Below, piece after piece: positions 9,707 through 19,221 of a stretch of 64,000 nucleotides of DNA (position 1 is the first letter of the stretch; every line of letters starts with the position of its first letter). Source of the stretch: an uncultured Spirochaetota bacterium. GTDB taxonomy: Bacteria; Spirochaetota; Brevinematia; Brevinematales; JAOACQ01. The stretch is taken from the NCBI GenBank assembly GCA_963783575.1, contig CAWAOD010000009.1:224001-288000 (forward strand). The letters run 5' to 3'. The notes beneath the pieces are model-generated. The model was not told the DNA's origin. It made no database searches and saw nothing but the letters and a program-made list of their open reading frames with translations. The position numbers and the translations under genes are program-made.

Positions 9707-12700
9707 ATGTCCGAATTTATTCATCTCCATAACCATTCTCATTACAGCATTCTCGACGGCATTACTAAAATTCCGGATCTGCTTGAAACGACCAGATTAT
9801 ATAGCCAGAAAGCAGTCGCCCTGACCGATCATGGGAATATGTTCGGAGCCATGGAATTCCAGAAGGAATGCAAAAATTTTCAAATTAAGCCTATCTTCGG
9901 CGCTGAACTTTACATAGCGCCAAAAAACAGGTATGAAAAGGATAAAGATGAAAAATATTACCATATTGTTTTACTGGCTAAGGATAATACCGGCTATAAA
10001 AATCTTATGAAGCTTACATCAATAGGATACCTGGAAGGATTTTACTCAAAACCGAGGATTGATAAGGCTGTTCTTTCCGAGTATTCAAAAGGATTGGTTG
10101 TCCTGACAGCCTGCCTTGGCGGCGAGCTTCCAAGTATGATACTTAATGAAAATGAAAAGGGGTTAAACCAGGCTATCGATTGGTATACTTCTGTTTTCGG
10201 AAAAGAAAATTTCTTCCTTGAAATTCAGAACCATAACCTTCCGGAAGAATTAACCGTAATTAAAAGATTTATTGAAATCTCCGGCAAAACAGGCATAAAA
10301 CTTGTCGCAACAAACGATTCCCATTACCTTCAAAAAGAGGATTCAATCCTGCAGGAGATTGTTTTTGCGATCAGGGACAAGACAACTATGAAAGATCCGA
10401 AAAGACAAAAATTTGCCAATGATGAATTTTACTTAAAATCTCCTGATATTATGAGCGAACTTTTTTCCGGAATTCAGGAATCATTATCAAATTCGCTTCT
10501 AATTAATGAAATGTGCAATGTGAATATTGATTATGCCAAGCATACACCTCTTTTTGCTCTTCCTGATAATAAAACCGCGGACGATTACCTGATGGAACTC
10601 TGCAGAACCGGATTGAATAAGCGGTTTACAGAAAAGTCTCCTCCTCAGAATTATACAGAAAGATTGGAACTGGAACTGGAGTTGATTAAAAAGATGGGGT
10701 TTTCAAATTATTTCCTTATAGTATCAGATTTTGTAAGATATGCGAGGGATACGGGGGTTTTAGTCGGGCCGGGCAGGGGTTCCGCTGCGGGAGCTCTTTT
10801 ATCTTATTCGCTTGGAATAACTGACATTGATCCGCTCCAGTATAACCTGCTTTTTGAAAGATTTTTAAACCCGGAAAGAGTAAGTATGCCTGATATAGAT
10901 GTGGATTTTCAAGACGACCGCCGGGATGAAGTAAAAGAATACATAAGAATGAAATACGGATATAATAAAACAGCTGACATTATTACCTTCGGCGTAATGA
11001 AATCACGCGCATCTCTTAAGGATGTGGGCAGGGTGCTTGAAATACCGCTGGAAAACGTTAACCGGCTGACCAAGCTGATAGATAATAAAACTGCGAACGA
11101 AGCCCTGTCGATTGTAATAAATATGGTACCGGAACTGAAAAATATCCAGGAAAAAGGAAGCCCTCTTGAAAAACAATGGATTGAATATTCCATCAAGCTT
11201 GACGGAACCATAAGGAACATAGGTACTCATGCTTCCGGTTTGATTATATCCGATTCCGACTTAACTGACATTGTCCCTCTTTATCGCGATGTCTCAAGCG
11301 GGCTTGTATCAACACAATTCGAAGGCGAATACCTTGAAAAAAACGGACTCCTGAAAATGGACATACTTGGCCTTTCAAATCTTTCAATGATAAAAATATG
11401 CCTTGAAAAAATTAAAATTAATCATAATTTCACCCTGGATATTTCTAAAATTCTTCTTGATGACAGGCCTGTTTACCAGCTCTTCTGGAGGGGAGAAACA
11501 ATGGGAATATTCCAGTTTGAATCTGGCGGTATGACCGATTATTTAAAAAAACTCAAACCCACTTCGATAGAAGATCTTATTGCTATGAACGCTCTTTACC
11601 GTCCAGGCCCAATGGATAACATCCCTTCTTTTATCGCAAGGAAAACCGGTAAAGAGCCGATCGACTGTTTCCATGCCAATCTTGAACCGATTTTAAAAAG
11701 CACCTACGGAGTCATTGTCTACCAGGAACAGGTAATGCAGATCGCGCAGGTCCTTGCCGGATTTTCACTTGGAAAAGCCGATGTAGTACGCAGGATTATG
11801 GCAAAGAAAAAGCCTGAAGAACTGGATAAAATCCGCCCGGAATGGATTGAGGGTTCTATAAAAAACGGATATACCAAAGAATTGGCGGAAAGAATTTTTG
11901 AAATACTTGTGCCGTTTTCAAATTATGCCTTTAACAAATCCCATTCTGCCGCATATGCCGTTCTGGCTTACCAGATAGCTTATCTCAAAGCCCATTATAT
12001 CCTTGAATTTATGACATCGCTATTAACATTAAATATGGGAAACAACGACCAGGTAAAATTATACTGCCAGGAAGCATCGGCACGGGAAATTGAAATACTG
12101 TCTCCTGATATTAATCAAAGCATCTGGGAATTCCGGGAAACAATTAAAAACGGACAGAAAGGAATAATATTCGGATTCGGCGGAATTAAAGGCCTTGGAG
12201 AAGGAGTGTCGGACTCGATTATCAATGAAAGAGAATTAGGCGGTTTGTATGCTTCTTTCGACGATTTTATCCGCCGTATAATGAAGTATGTGGAATTTAA
12301 GAAAGGTGCCGTGGAAATTTTAATAAAGGCAGGATGTTTCGATAATTTTTTCAGCGAAGAAAATTACCTTCAGGAAAAATCAATACTCCTGCATAATCTT
12401 GAAGTATATATAGATCAGGCTCAAAAACATGAAAAGGATAAAAAAGCCGGACAAATGGGATTATTCGGAAGCCATGAAAATAATGGTTTTGAAATTCATA
12501 CAAATAGGAATTTCCCGCCTCTGACATTAAAGGAAGAATTTGAAAATGAAGTTTCGATTTTCGGTTTTTATTTAAGCGGTAAACTTTTTTCCCACCACAT
12601 GAAAAATTTCGGCAGGATTTCATGCTGTTCAAATCAAATAACATCCAGGCTAAAACCGGGAACGGGAATTCTCATCTGGGGATTTATTCAGGAAGTTCAG

Positions 12701-13171
12701 ATAAAAATTGCAAATAACAAGAAGAATTATGCGATTATTTTACTGGATAACGGCTTTGACAATTTCAAGTTCTTTCTGTTTTCGGAAAAATACGATCAAT
12801 TTAAAAACTTACTTGTTGAGAATAATTTTATTATGATCCGATTTAATATTGTAGAAGGCAATAAAGGTATTCAGTATGATGTTGTCAATATTAAGCCAAT
12901 TGAATACCTCCGCCAGGAGAGGTTTACCCAGCTTCACATATGTTTTGAAGGAGAGGAGGCTTCGGAGGAAATTAAAAATTTTCTCAATGAAATTAAAACG
13001 ATGCTTGATAATCCTATTAATAAAGGAATAACTCAATTCGTTTTCCATATTTTCAGCAATCAGGGAAATTTTACCGTTTACTCTTCGGATAAATACAGGA
13101 TCAGGTATTCAAATAGCCTTATGGACAAAATCGAAAACATGTCGGATATTCAGGCATATTGGCTGTATTGA
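9707..13171 (+). CDS. dnaE: DNA polymerase III alpha subunit
   Basis: PHP HLHNHSHYSILDG, GRGSAAG, MPDIDVDF, YQEQVM, YAFNKSH; start at ATG 9707 after GAGGGG. Confidence 0.97.
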   Translation: MSEFIHLHNHSHYSILDGITKIPDLLETTRLYSQKAVALTDHGNMFGAMEFQKECKNFQIKPIFGAELYIAPKNRYEKDKDEKYYHIVLLAKDNTGYKNLMKLTSIGYLEGFYSKPRIDKAVLSEYSKGLVVLTACLGGELPSMILNENEKGLNQAIDWYTSVFGKENFFLEIQNHNLPEELTVIKRFIEISGKTGIKLVATNDSHYLQKEDSILQEIVFAIRDKTTMKDPKRQKFANDEFYLKSPDIMSELFSGIQESLSNSLLINEMCNVNIDYAKHTPLFALPDNKTADDYLMELCRTGLNKRFTEKSPPQNYTERLELELELIKKMGFSNYFLIVSDFVRYARDTGVLVGPGRGSAAGALLSYSLGITDIDPLQYNLLFERFLNPERVSMPDIDVDFQDDRRDEVKEYIRMKYGYNKTADIITFGVMKSRASLKDVGRVLEIPLENVNRLTKLIDNKTANEALSIVINMVPELKNIQEKGSPLEKQWIEYSIKLDGTIRNIGTHASGLIISDSDLTDIVPLYRDVSSGLVSTQFEGEYLEKNGLLKMDILGLSNLSMIKICLEKIKINHNFTLDISKILLDDRPVYQLFWRGETMGIFQFESGGMTDYLKKLKPTSIEDLIAMNALYRPGPMDNIPSFIARKTGKEPIDCFHANLEPILKSTYGVIVYQEQVMQIAQVLAGFSLGKADVVRRIMAKKKPEELDKIRPEWIEGSIKNGYTKELAERIFEILVPFSNYAFNKSHSAAYAVLAYQIAYLKAHYILEFMTSLLTLNMGNNDQVKLYCQEASAREIEILSPDINQSIWEFRETIKNGQKGIIFGFGGIKGLGEGVSDSIINERELGGLYASFDDFIRRIMKYVEFKKGAVEILIKAGCFDNFFSEENYLQEKSILLHNLEVYIDQAQKHEKDKKAGQMGLFGSHENNGFEIHTNRNFPPLTLKEEFENEVSIFGFYLSGKLFSHHMKNFGRISCCSNQITSRLKPGTGILIWGFIQEVQIKIANNKKNYAIILLDNGFDNFKFFLFSEKYDQFKNLLVENNFIMIRFNIVEGNKGIQYDVVNIKPIEYLRQERFTQLHICFEGEEASEEIKNFLNEIKTMLDNPINKGITQFVFHIFSNQGNFTVYSSDKYRIRYSNSLMDKIENMSDIQAYWLY

Positions 13172-13195
13172 AGAGGAATTGACCAGTAATCGGAA

Positions 13196-13241
13196 TCCCC
13201 GAACATTTCAATGAGCCGGCATTGAAAATGTTTCGAAGGGA
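13196..13241 (+). terminator. Imperfect hairpin downstream of dnaE
   Basis: gaacatttcaatg...cattgaaaatgtttc stem; no clear U-tract. Confidence 0.35.
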
Positions 13242-13298
13242 AAATGTTAGGGAGCGCCCTTCACTCTCCAATAATTAAACAATTACGAAGTTGGATGC

Positions 13299-13327
13299 TT
13301 GCTTAATTTCCTTTTTCTGATTATTAT
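13299..13327 (+). promoter_or_regulatory. Putative sigma70 promoter for DUF3467-smpB
   Basis: TTGCTT-17 nt-TATTAT. Confidence 0.45.
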
Positions 13328-13363
13328 ATTAAGTTATAAAATTACGATTTATCGGAGGTAATC

Positions 13364-13666
13364 ATGGCTGAAACAAAATTACCCGGGCAGCCCAATCTTA
13401 AAATAGAATTAACTGATAATGAAGGAATAATCCATTATTCAAATTTTGCTATTGTCTCTCATTCTATAGAAGAATTTGTAATAGATTTTGCCCGTATTTT
13501 ACCGGGAAAAGAAGAGGCAAAAGTAGTTACACGAGTTATTATGACACCTAAGAACGCTAAAAATTTTCTAATAGCAATCAACAGCAATATAATCGGATAT
13601 GAAAAGCAATACGGAGAAATAATACTACCCCAAAATCCAATGGAAAAATTCAGTGAAGTACAGTGA
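13364..13666 (+). CDS. DUF3467 domain protein
   Basis: YSNFAIVSHS.EEFVIDF...RVIMTP.NAK; GGAGG RBS. Confidence 0.85.
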   Translation: MAETKLPGQPNLKIELTDNEGIIHYSNFAIVSHSIEEFVIDFARILPGKEEAKVVTRVIMTPKNAKNFLIAINSNIIGYEKQYGEIILPQNPMEKFSEVQ

Positions 13667-13718
13667 TTTATGATACATAGCATCATTTATGATGTAAAAT
13701 ATCATTTGGGATTGAAAA

Positions 13719-14177
13719 ATGGGTGAAAAGAAAATTATTGACATAGCACAGAATAAAAAAGCTTACCATGATTATGAAATACTTGATACTGTCGAAGCCG
13801 GAATAGAACTCAAAGGAACTGAAATCAAATCCGTGAGGGATCATTCAGTAAATCTGAAGGACAGTTTTGTCATAATCCGCGGAAATGAGGCGAAAGTCCA
13901 CAATCTCCATATCAGCCCATACGGTTTCGGCAATATCTTCAACCATGACCCGTTGCGAATCAGAAGGTTGCTTCTTAAAAAAAAGGAAATATTAAAGCTG
14001 GAAAATACCGTTTCACAAAAAGGAATAGCAATCATACCTGTGAAAATGTATATCAAGGGAAAATACGCTAAACTTTTGATCGGTGTTGCTAAGGGTAAAA
14101 AAATGCATGATAAGCGCGAAGCGATTCGCGAGAGGGATATAAAGCGGGATATGGACCGTGAGATGAAAAATTATTGA
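13719..14177 (+). CDS. smpB: SsrA-binding protein
   Basis: NKKAYHDY, EAGIELKGTEIKS, GKKMHDKRE. Confidence 0.97.
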   Translation: MGEKKIIDIAQNKKAYHDYEILDTVEAGIELKGTEIKSVRDHSVNLKDSFVIIRGNEAKVHNLHISPYGFGNIFNHDPLRIRRLLLKKKEILKLENTVSQKGIAIIPVKMYIKGKYAKLLIGVAKGKKMHDKREAIRERDIKRDMDREMKNY

Positions 14178-14473
14178 ATAAGGTAAACTACCGCACGGAA
14201 CAGTATCAAAACCGCCGTTACACCGATCATAATAATCGCGGCAGTTAAAAAAAACCTCTTATAACCATCGGACACTTCTTTTTTCGGCTTTAATTTAATC
14301 TTTTCCCTGTATCTGCCGTAAACAATATAAGCTATACTAACGATCAGTAGGAGAAGCGAAAATACGACAAAAAGCCATTTATATGAAATTACAAATTGAT
14401 AAAGCCCGTATGTTAACCCAATTTCAACAATGATAAACAGAACCATCAATAAAAAGTATTTTAAATTGTCCAT
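14171..14473 (-). CDS. Small 3-TM hypothetical membrane protein
   Basis: 100-aa ORF with three hydrophobic segments directly after cinA; GGGG RBS-like. Confidence 0.7.
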   Translation of the reverse strand: MDNLKYFLLMVLFIIVEIGLTYGLYQFVISYKWLFVVFSLLLLIVSIAYIVYGRYREKIKLKPKKEVSDGYKRFFLTAAIIMIGVTAVLILFRAVVYLIQ

Positions 14474-14485
14474 ATTTTCCCCACA

Positions 14486-15763
14486 TTATTTTTTTCTCAT
14501 TTCAACCATAGAGGCAAGCTCCTTGAAATCGACTCCGCCCCTGAAAAGATCCTCCCAGACCATTTCAAAAACCTTTACCGCGGTTCTCCCCCTGATATTT
14601 TCACGCAAACCGTAAAACTGAAATCTGGCGGCCGTTTCATCATTTTTTTTGCCGAAACCGATAAAAACAGTCCCGACAGGCTTTTCCGGGCTTCCGCCAT
14701 CAGGCCCGGCAATCCCTGTTACCGCAATATAGTAATCGGCTTTTATCAATTTTTTTAAGCCATCGATCATGGCAAAAGCCGTTTCAAAACTAACTGCGCC
14801 GAATTCCTTTAATACTCCCGCTTCTATTTTTAGAATATCATGTTTTAATGTATTGTTGTATGTTACCAGGCTTCCCAGAAAAGCCTTTGATGAACCGGGA
14901 ATATCGGTTATCATTTTAGACAGAAGGCCACCAGTACAGGATTCGGCAAAAATCACCTTTTTTTTCATTTCTATAAGTTTTTTTAAAATAATGCTGACAA
15001 TACTTTCTTCAGGATCGAAAGAAAAAATCCTTCTTTCAATCTCAGGAACCCCGGCTATTTCCTTTCTTGCAATTTCAAGCGCTTCTTCGTAATCCCCATT
15101 GGGTATATCCATTCTGAAGTCCACCTGCCCATAATGGGCAATCGTACCTACGGTTATGCCCTTTGCCGAAAAGACTTTTATCTTTTCGTCAAGCTGGGAT
15201 TCCGGAATACCGATAGTCTTAGCAAATACGCTTGTTGTATCAGGCTTGATATAATAATTATCGATAAGATACTGGATTATATCGGGAAACATTGCTTTAA
15301 GTTCCGAGGGTACTCCGGGAAGAGCTGCAATGACAGGAGTCCCCGGCAATATAAACCCAGGAGCAGTTCCCTTGGGGTTGTTCACGATAATTGAATCCTC
15401 CAGAATATATGCCTGTTTTTTATTTTCTTCGGGTATTTCTAAATTCATTTTATGAAATTTCCGTTTAATGTCTTCCATTGCCTCTTTACTGAAAGAAAGT
15501 CTCTTTCCTGTAAATTCAGAAATACAGTCCCTTGTAATATCATCATTTGTCGGTCCCAGACCTCCGCAAACCAGGATAATATCGCTCGAATCCTTTAAAT
15601 AACCAAGTACTCTATTAATATCGGATTTAATGTCTCTGATTGATATTTTTTGAGCCAGTGAAAGGCCAATTTTAGATAATTCTTTTGCCGCAAAACAGGA
15701 ATTTGTCTCGGACACCATACCGTCCAGAAGCTCATTTCCTATCGATAAAAATGATATATGCAT
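14486..15763 (-). CDS. cinA: CinA family (molybdopterin-binding + NMN deamidase PncC) protein
   Basis: SIGNELLDG, GGLGPTNDDITR, GTAPG, AESCTGG, TGIAGP.GG..KPVG; start moved to ATG 15763 after GGAG. Confidence 0.92.
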   Translation of the reverse strand: MHISFLSIGNELLDGMVSETNSCFAAKELSKIGLSLAQKISIRDIKSDINRVLGYLKDSSDIILVCGGLGPTNDDITRDCISEFTGKRLSFSKEAMEDIKRKFHKMNLEIPEENKKQAYILEDSIIVNNPKGTAPGFILPGTPVIAALPGVPSELKAMFPDIIQYLIDNYYIKPDTTSVFAKTIGIPESQLDEKIKVFSAKGITVGTIAHYGQVDFRMDIPNGDYEEALEIARKEIAGVPEIERRIFSFDPEESIVSIILKKLIEMKKKVIFAESCTGGLLSKMITDIPGSSKAFLGSLVTYNNTLKHDILKIEAGVLKEFGAVSFETAFAMIDGLKKLIKADYYIAVTGIAGPDGGSPEKPVGTVFIGFGKKNDETAARFQFYGLRENIRGRTAVKVFEMVWEDLFRGGVDFKELASMVEMRKK

Positions 15764-15855
15764 ATCGAACTCCGAATATTTGCAAAATTGAATAAAATCA
15801 GTCTTTACATTATAATAAAGCATTTAAAAATAAGAATCAAGAAGAAGGAGAGTTT

Positions 15856-17403
15856 ATGAAAAGAGCATTATTCAGCGTTTACAGAAAAGACGGTATCGAG
15901 AAACTGGCGGCCTTTCTATCAAAAAAGAATTATGAAATATTATCAACCGGGGGAACTTATAAGTATCTTAAAGAGAAAGGCATCCCGGTAAAAGAGGTTT
16001 CCGAGGCGACAGGATTTCCCGAGGTTTTGGACGGCCGTGTTAAAACTCTCCATCCGGCAATTCATACAGGAATTCTGGCCATGCGCGGCAAAAAAACACA
16101 TATGGATGAGATTAAAAAGCTCAATATATCCGAAATTGATTTTGTTATTGTTAACCTCTATCCTTTTGAAGAAACTATAAAAAATCCCGGATCAAAATTT
16201 GAAGAAATAATCGAGCAGATCGACATCGGCGGAGTAGCTCTCATCCGGGCGGCAGGTAAAAATTACAGCGATGTTGCAGTTATCGTGGATAATAGTGATT
16301 TCGATTTGATAATTGAAGAGATGGAAATTAAGGGCAAAATTACCCCGGAAACAAGGCTTCTCCTCGCAGCAAAAGCATACAGCCATACAGCCTATTATGA
16401 CGGATTGATCTCCGCGTATTTCAACCGGCTTTCGGAAAGAAAATTTCCCGCGGAGATGGCAATTCCTCTAAAACTGGAACAGGGGCTTCGGTACGGTGAA
16501 AACCCTCACCAGGACGCAAACCTTTACAGGAGCTACGTTGATCAGAATATATCAACCCTTAACGCGGATATTCTCTGGGGAAAAGAAATGTCTTATAACA
16601 ATTATCTTGACGCCGACGCCTGTGTTGATATTTTAAGGGAATTTTCGAAGGACGGCCCATTCGCCGTTATAATCAAGCATACAAACCCTTGCGGGGCATC
16701 TCTGGGTAAAACCCAGGAAGAAGCTTTTGAAAGGGCTAAGGCCTGTGATCCTGCTTCCGCTTACGGTGGTATTATAGGAATAACTCAAAAAATGGATGAA
16801 GCAACGGCAAAAAAAATCTCGGAAACATTTTTCGAGATCGTAATAGCTCCGGATTATGATCCAAAGGCTCTTGAGATAATTAAAGCCCGTAAAAATCTCA
16901 GAATCTTAAAACTCAACGGTTCAGACTGGAATAAAAAAGGCCTTAATTTCCGCAGGATAGAAAGCGGATTCCTTGCACAGGACTGGGATGTCCCCGGTAT
17001 GGATATAGAAAAATGGGATATCGCGACTTCAAGAAAGCCATTGGATTTCGAAGCAAACGATCTGCGCTTCGCATGGAGAATAGCGAAGTATGTCAAATCC
17101 AACGCCATTGTATATGCAAAGAACGGCCAGGTTATCGGCGTGGGCGCAGGCCAGATGTCCAGGGTCGACTCGGCAAGGATCGGCACAATGAAGGCCGCCG
17201 AATTTGGATTTGATGTTAAAGGTTCCGTTATGGCATCCGATGCCTATTTTCCATTCCGGGACTCTGTTGACAGCGCTGCGAAGAACGGGGTCACAGCCGT
17301 TATTCAGCCCGGCGGGTCAATAAGGGATGCTGAATCAATCATGGCCGCGAATGAAAATAATATAGCGATGGTATTCACCGGCACCCGGCATTTTAAGCAT
17401 TAG
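15856..17403 (+). CDS. purH: Bifunctional AICAR transformylase/IMP cyclohydrolase
   Basis: GRVKTLHP, IDIGG, LRYGENPHQ, KSNAI, GQMSRVDS, ASDAYFPF, RHFKH. Confidence 0.98.
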   Translation: MKRALFSVYRKDGIEKLAAFLSKKNYEILSTGGTYKYLKEKGIPVKEVSEATGFPEVLDGRVKTLHPAIHTGILAMRGKKTHMDEIKKLNISEIDFVIVNLYPFEETIKNPGSKFEEIIEQIDIGGVALIRAAGKNYSDVAVIVDNSDFDLIIEEMEIKGKITPETRLLLAAKAYSHTAYYDGLISAYFNRLSERKFPAEMAIPLKLEQGLRYGENPHQDANLYRSYVDQNISTLNADILWGKEMSYNNYLDADACVDILREFSKDGPFAVIIKHTNPCGASLGKTQEEAFERAKACDPASAYGGIIGITQKMDEATAKKISETFFEIVIAPDYDPKALEIIKARKNLRILKLNGSDWNKKGLNFRRIESGFLAQDWDVPGMDIEKWDIATSRKPLDFEANDLRFAWRIAKYVKSNAIVYAKNGQVIGVGAGQMSRVDSARIGTMKAAEFGFDVKGSVMASDAYFPFRDSVDSAAKNGVTAVIQPGGSIRDAESIMAANENNIAMVFTGTRHFKH

Positions 17404-17424
17404 CTTTCTCCAGCTGCCGCAAAC

Positions 17425-17463
17425 AAAAAAGCCCCTCGGATTCTTCTCCAAAGGGCTTCTTTA
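17425..17463. terminator. Probable bidirectional intrinsic terminator
   Basis: A-run, aagccc...gggctt stem, T-rich tail; lies between convergent genes. Confidence 0.65.
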
Positions 17464-17534
17464 TTCATTCCAAATATTTGGAATTCCTGATGTGTTTTTA
17501 CGTGTTTTATGAAATTCACAAAATAATTTTATAA

Positions 17535-18134
17535 TCAATGATTTCGTTTCTTCATAGCATGTGATTTTAATTCCTGATATATATACATAAAATCATCATA
17601 AGAATCGGCTGAACTTTCATCATTTGTTGTCCATTTTAAATATTTTTGGATTTCTTTATTTTCATAGATACATTCAATATACCAATCAAAACCATTATAG
17701 ATATAATCAATATCCAACAGTTCTTTTTTCTTATATAACCCTAAATCTTCAAAATGTGAAAGTAAATAGTCATCAATTTCGTAAGCAGTATAAATTTTTT
17801 TCATACTTCCAATGAGATTCAAAGAAGAATTAGAAATGAGTTTTAATTTAGAATCATCAATTATGAAATAACCAAATTCAATTCCTTGATCGGCATTAGA
17901 TAAAATTTTAAAATCAAGTAAATTATTATCAAAAAGCGTTATTAAATTTCTTGTTTGTTCTGTGAAAAAATCAGTTTTAAATCTATGAGCGAAGTCACCT
18001 TTTGCTATTTCATTACCTTCTTTTAACTGAAAATAAGCCAGAATAACTAAAAACAAAGTTGTGATAGTGCCAAGTAGAGTACTGATTTTAATCCAATCAA
18101 TTTTTCTTTTCATTTTTAATATTACTTCTTTCAA
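17535..18134 (-). CDS. Hypothetical protein with N-terminal TM, very AT-rich
   Basis: 199-aa ORF; single TM then helical domain (L.HFE.LG....ID); start may be ATG 18113. Confidence 0.7.
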   Translation of the reverse strand: MKEVILKMKRKIDWIKISTLLGTITTLFLVILAYFQLKEGNEIAKGDFAHRFKTDFFTEQTRNLITLFDNNLLDFKILSNADQGIEFGYFIIDDSKLKLISNSSLNLIGSMKKIYTAYEIDDYLLSHFEDLGLYKKKELLDIDYIYNGFDWYIECIYENKEIQKYLKWTTNDESSADSYDDFMYIYQELKSHAMKKRNH

Positions 18135-18276
18135 AATTTTGTATTTTTAGAATTCTTATTGTGTTTTATTGCGTTTTGTGAGACCTATAGGGCTTCTAAT
18201 CTCCTTACTTCACGACTTCATCTTTTCAATCCACTCATCCAGCTTTCCCGGCCTTTATGTACACAAAATACTTTTG

Positions 18277-18408
18277 TCACTCTTTATCCGCTCTCAAGCT
18301 CGTCAAATCCGAGTCCTTCTCAATCTGTTTAAAGCTATTGTATCCCGCCTGTTCCGAAAGCGTCAGGTTGTAATAGGCTTCTATAAGATTACCCGGCTTG
18401 CTTTCCAC
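18277..18408 (-). pseudogene. Remnant of a TPR end-of-group type domain
   Basis: Hand translation VESKPGNLIEAYYNLTLSEQAGYNSFKQIEKDSDLTSLRADKE*, resembling YYNLAC...DSDL.S.R also seen in 32504-33487. Confidence 0.5.
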
Positions 18409-18496
18409 ACAAATGAAGAAATGGATGAACTCTCCTATAAACCCATGCGAAGCAGTAAAACTTAATAAAGACGGCCTTTCATACCGCTTTTACTAC

Positions 18497-18836
18497 CTAT
18501 AACCTTTTATTATACCAGAAATTTATGCTATTCAGATTCCAGCAAATCATCGGTTTTTTTCTGCCTTTTGTAGTATGATCAAAATCTGCGATAATATTTT
18601 TGATTTCTTGAGCTTCGGCTTTTATCAGGTAAATTCCCTCGCCTGTCAAAATATCATCCAGAAAACCCTTTAAAACTTTGTTCTCTTTTAATTTCCCAAG
18701 CAAAATGCAAATAGAATAAAGGGAAAAATCGGTAATATACAAAATTCTTACCGCTTCGCAGAAAAGATAGAGAAATGTCATACTTTTCATTTTTCAGAAG
18801 GACATGCAGAAATATATTAGTATCAACGAGGTACAT
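18497..18836 (-). pseudogene. PIN-domain (VapC-like) toxin, frameshifted and internally shortened
   Basis: MYLVDTNIFL start; removing one base at the 18741-18744 run joins LYITDFSL..; about 112 aa and lacks the DFDDA..Y segment expected before DFD. Confidence 0.75.
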
Positions 18837-19056
18837 TTAAGCCACCCCATAAATCGGTAATTTCATGCTGAAGCATAACAGGATCATTCAATTTGTCCTT
18901 GTATCGTTCAAGCTTACCAGCCCAATCCAGTTTTAGCTTTTTATGGATTCTTTCCCTTGAATATTTTTGTTTTAAAAACTCTGCAAAATCTATAAGCTCT
19001 TTTTTAGCTGCATTCGGTAGTTTTTCCATGGTTTTATCCAGAGTATCAAGCGTCAT
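18823..19056 (-). CDS. DUF2281-like antitoxin
   Basis: LP..AKKELIDFAEFLKQKY...KLDWAG.L...LQH motif; GGAGG RBS; overlaps the PIN start. Confidence 0.8.
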   Translation of the reverse strand: MTLDTLDKTMEKLPNAAKKELIDFAEFLKQKYSRERIHKKLKLDWAGKLERYKDKLNDPVMLQHEITDLWGGLNVPR

Positions 19057-19077
19057 ACTAACCTCCTTCAACATAAA

Positions 19078-19106
19078 ATCATACTCCGATAGACATTAAA
19101 AGTCAA
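19078..19106 (-). promoter_or_regulatory. Putative sigma70 promoter of the TA operon
   Basis: TTGACT-17 nt-TATGAT on the minus strand. Confidence 0.55.
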
Positions 19107-19221
19107 AATTTCTTTTCCAGCCATTCATAAATATAGCTCTCCTGGCTCCGGACATCAAAATAAAATTCATTTTTTAAGCGGATAGTATTTCCGGTAAGCT
19201 CAATCTGATTTTACCCTGCTT

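Noticed and set aside
9707..13171. Intein or split in dnaE
   Set aside because: Normal length, and motifs such as NYAFNKSH are contiguous
13667..14485. tmRNA (ssrA) near smpB
   Set aside because: No tRNA-like ends recognised; the downstream space is occupied by a convergent CDS
18169..18465. 98-aa plus-strand ORF
   Set aside because: No RBS or domain; the opposite strand carries the more plausible TPR-like remnant
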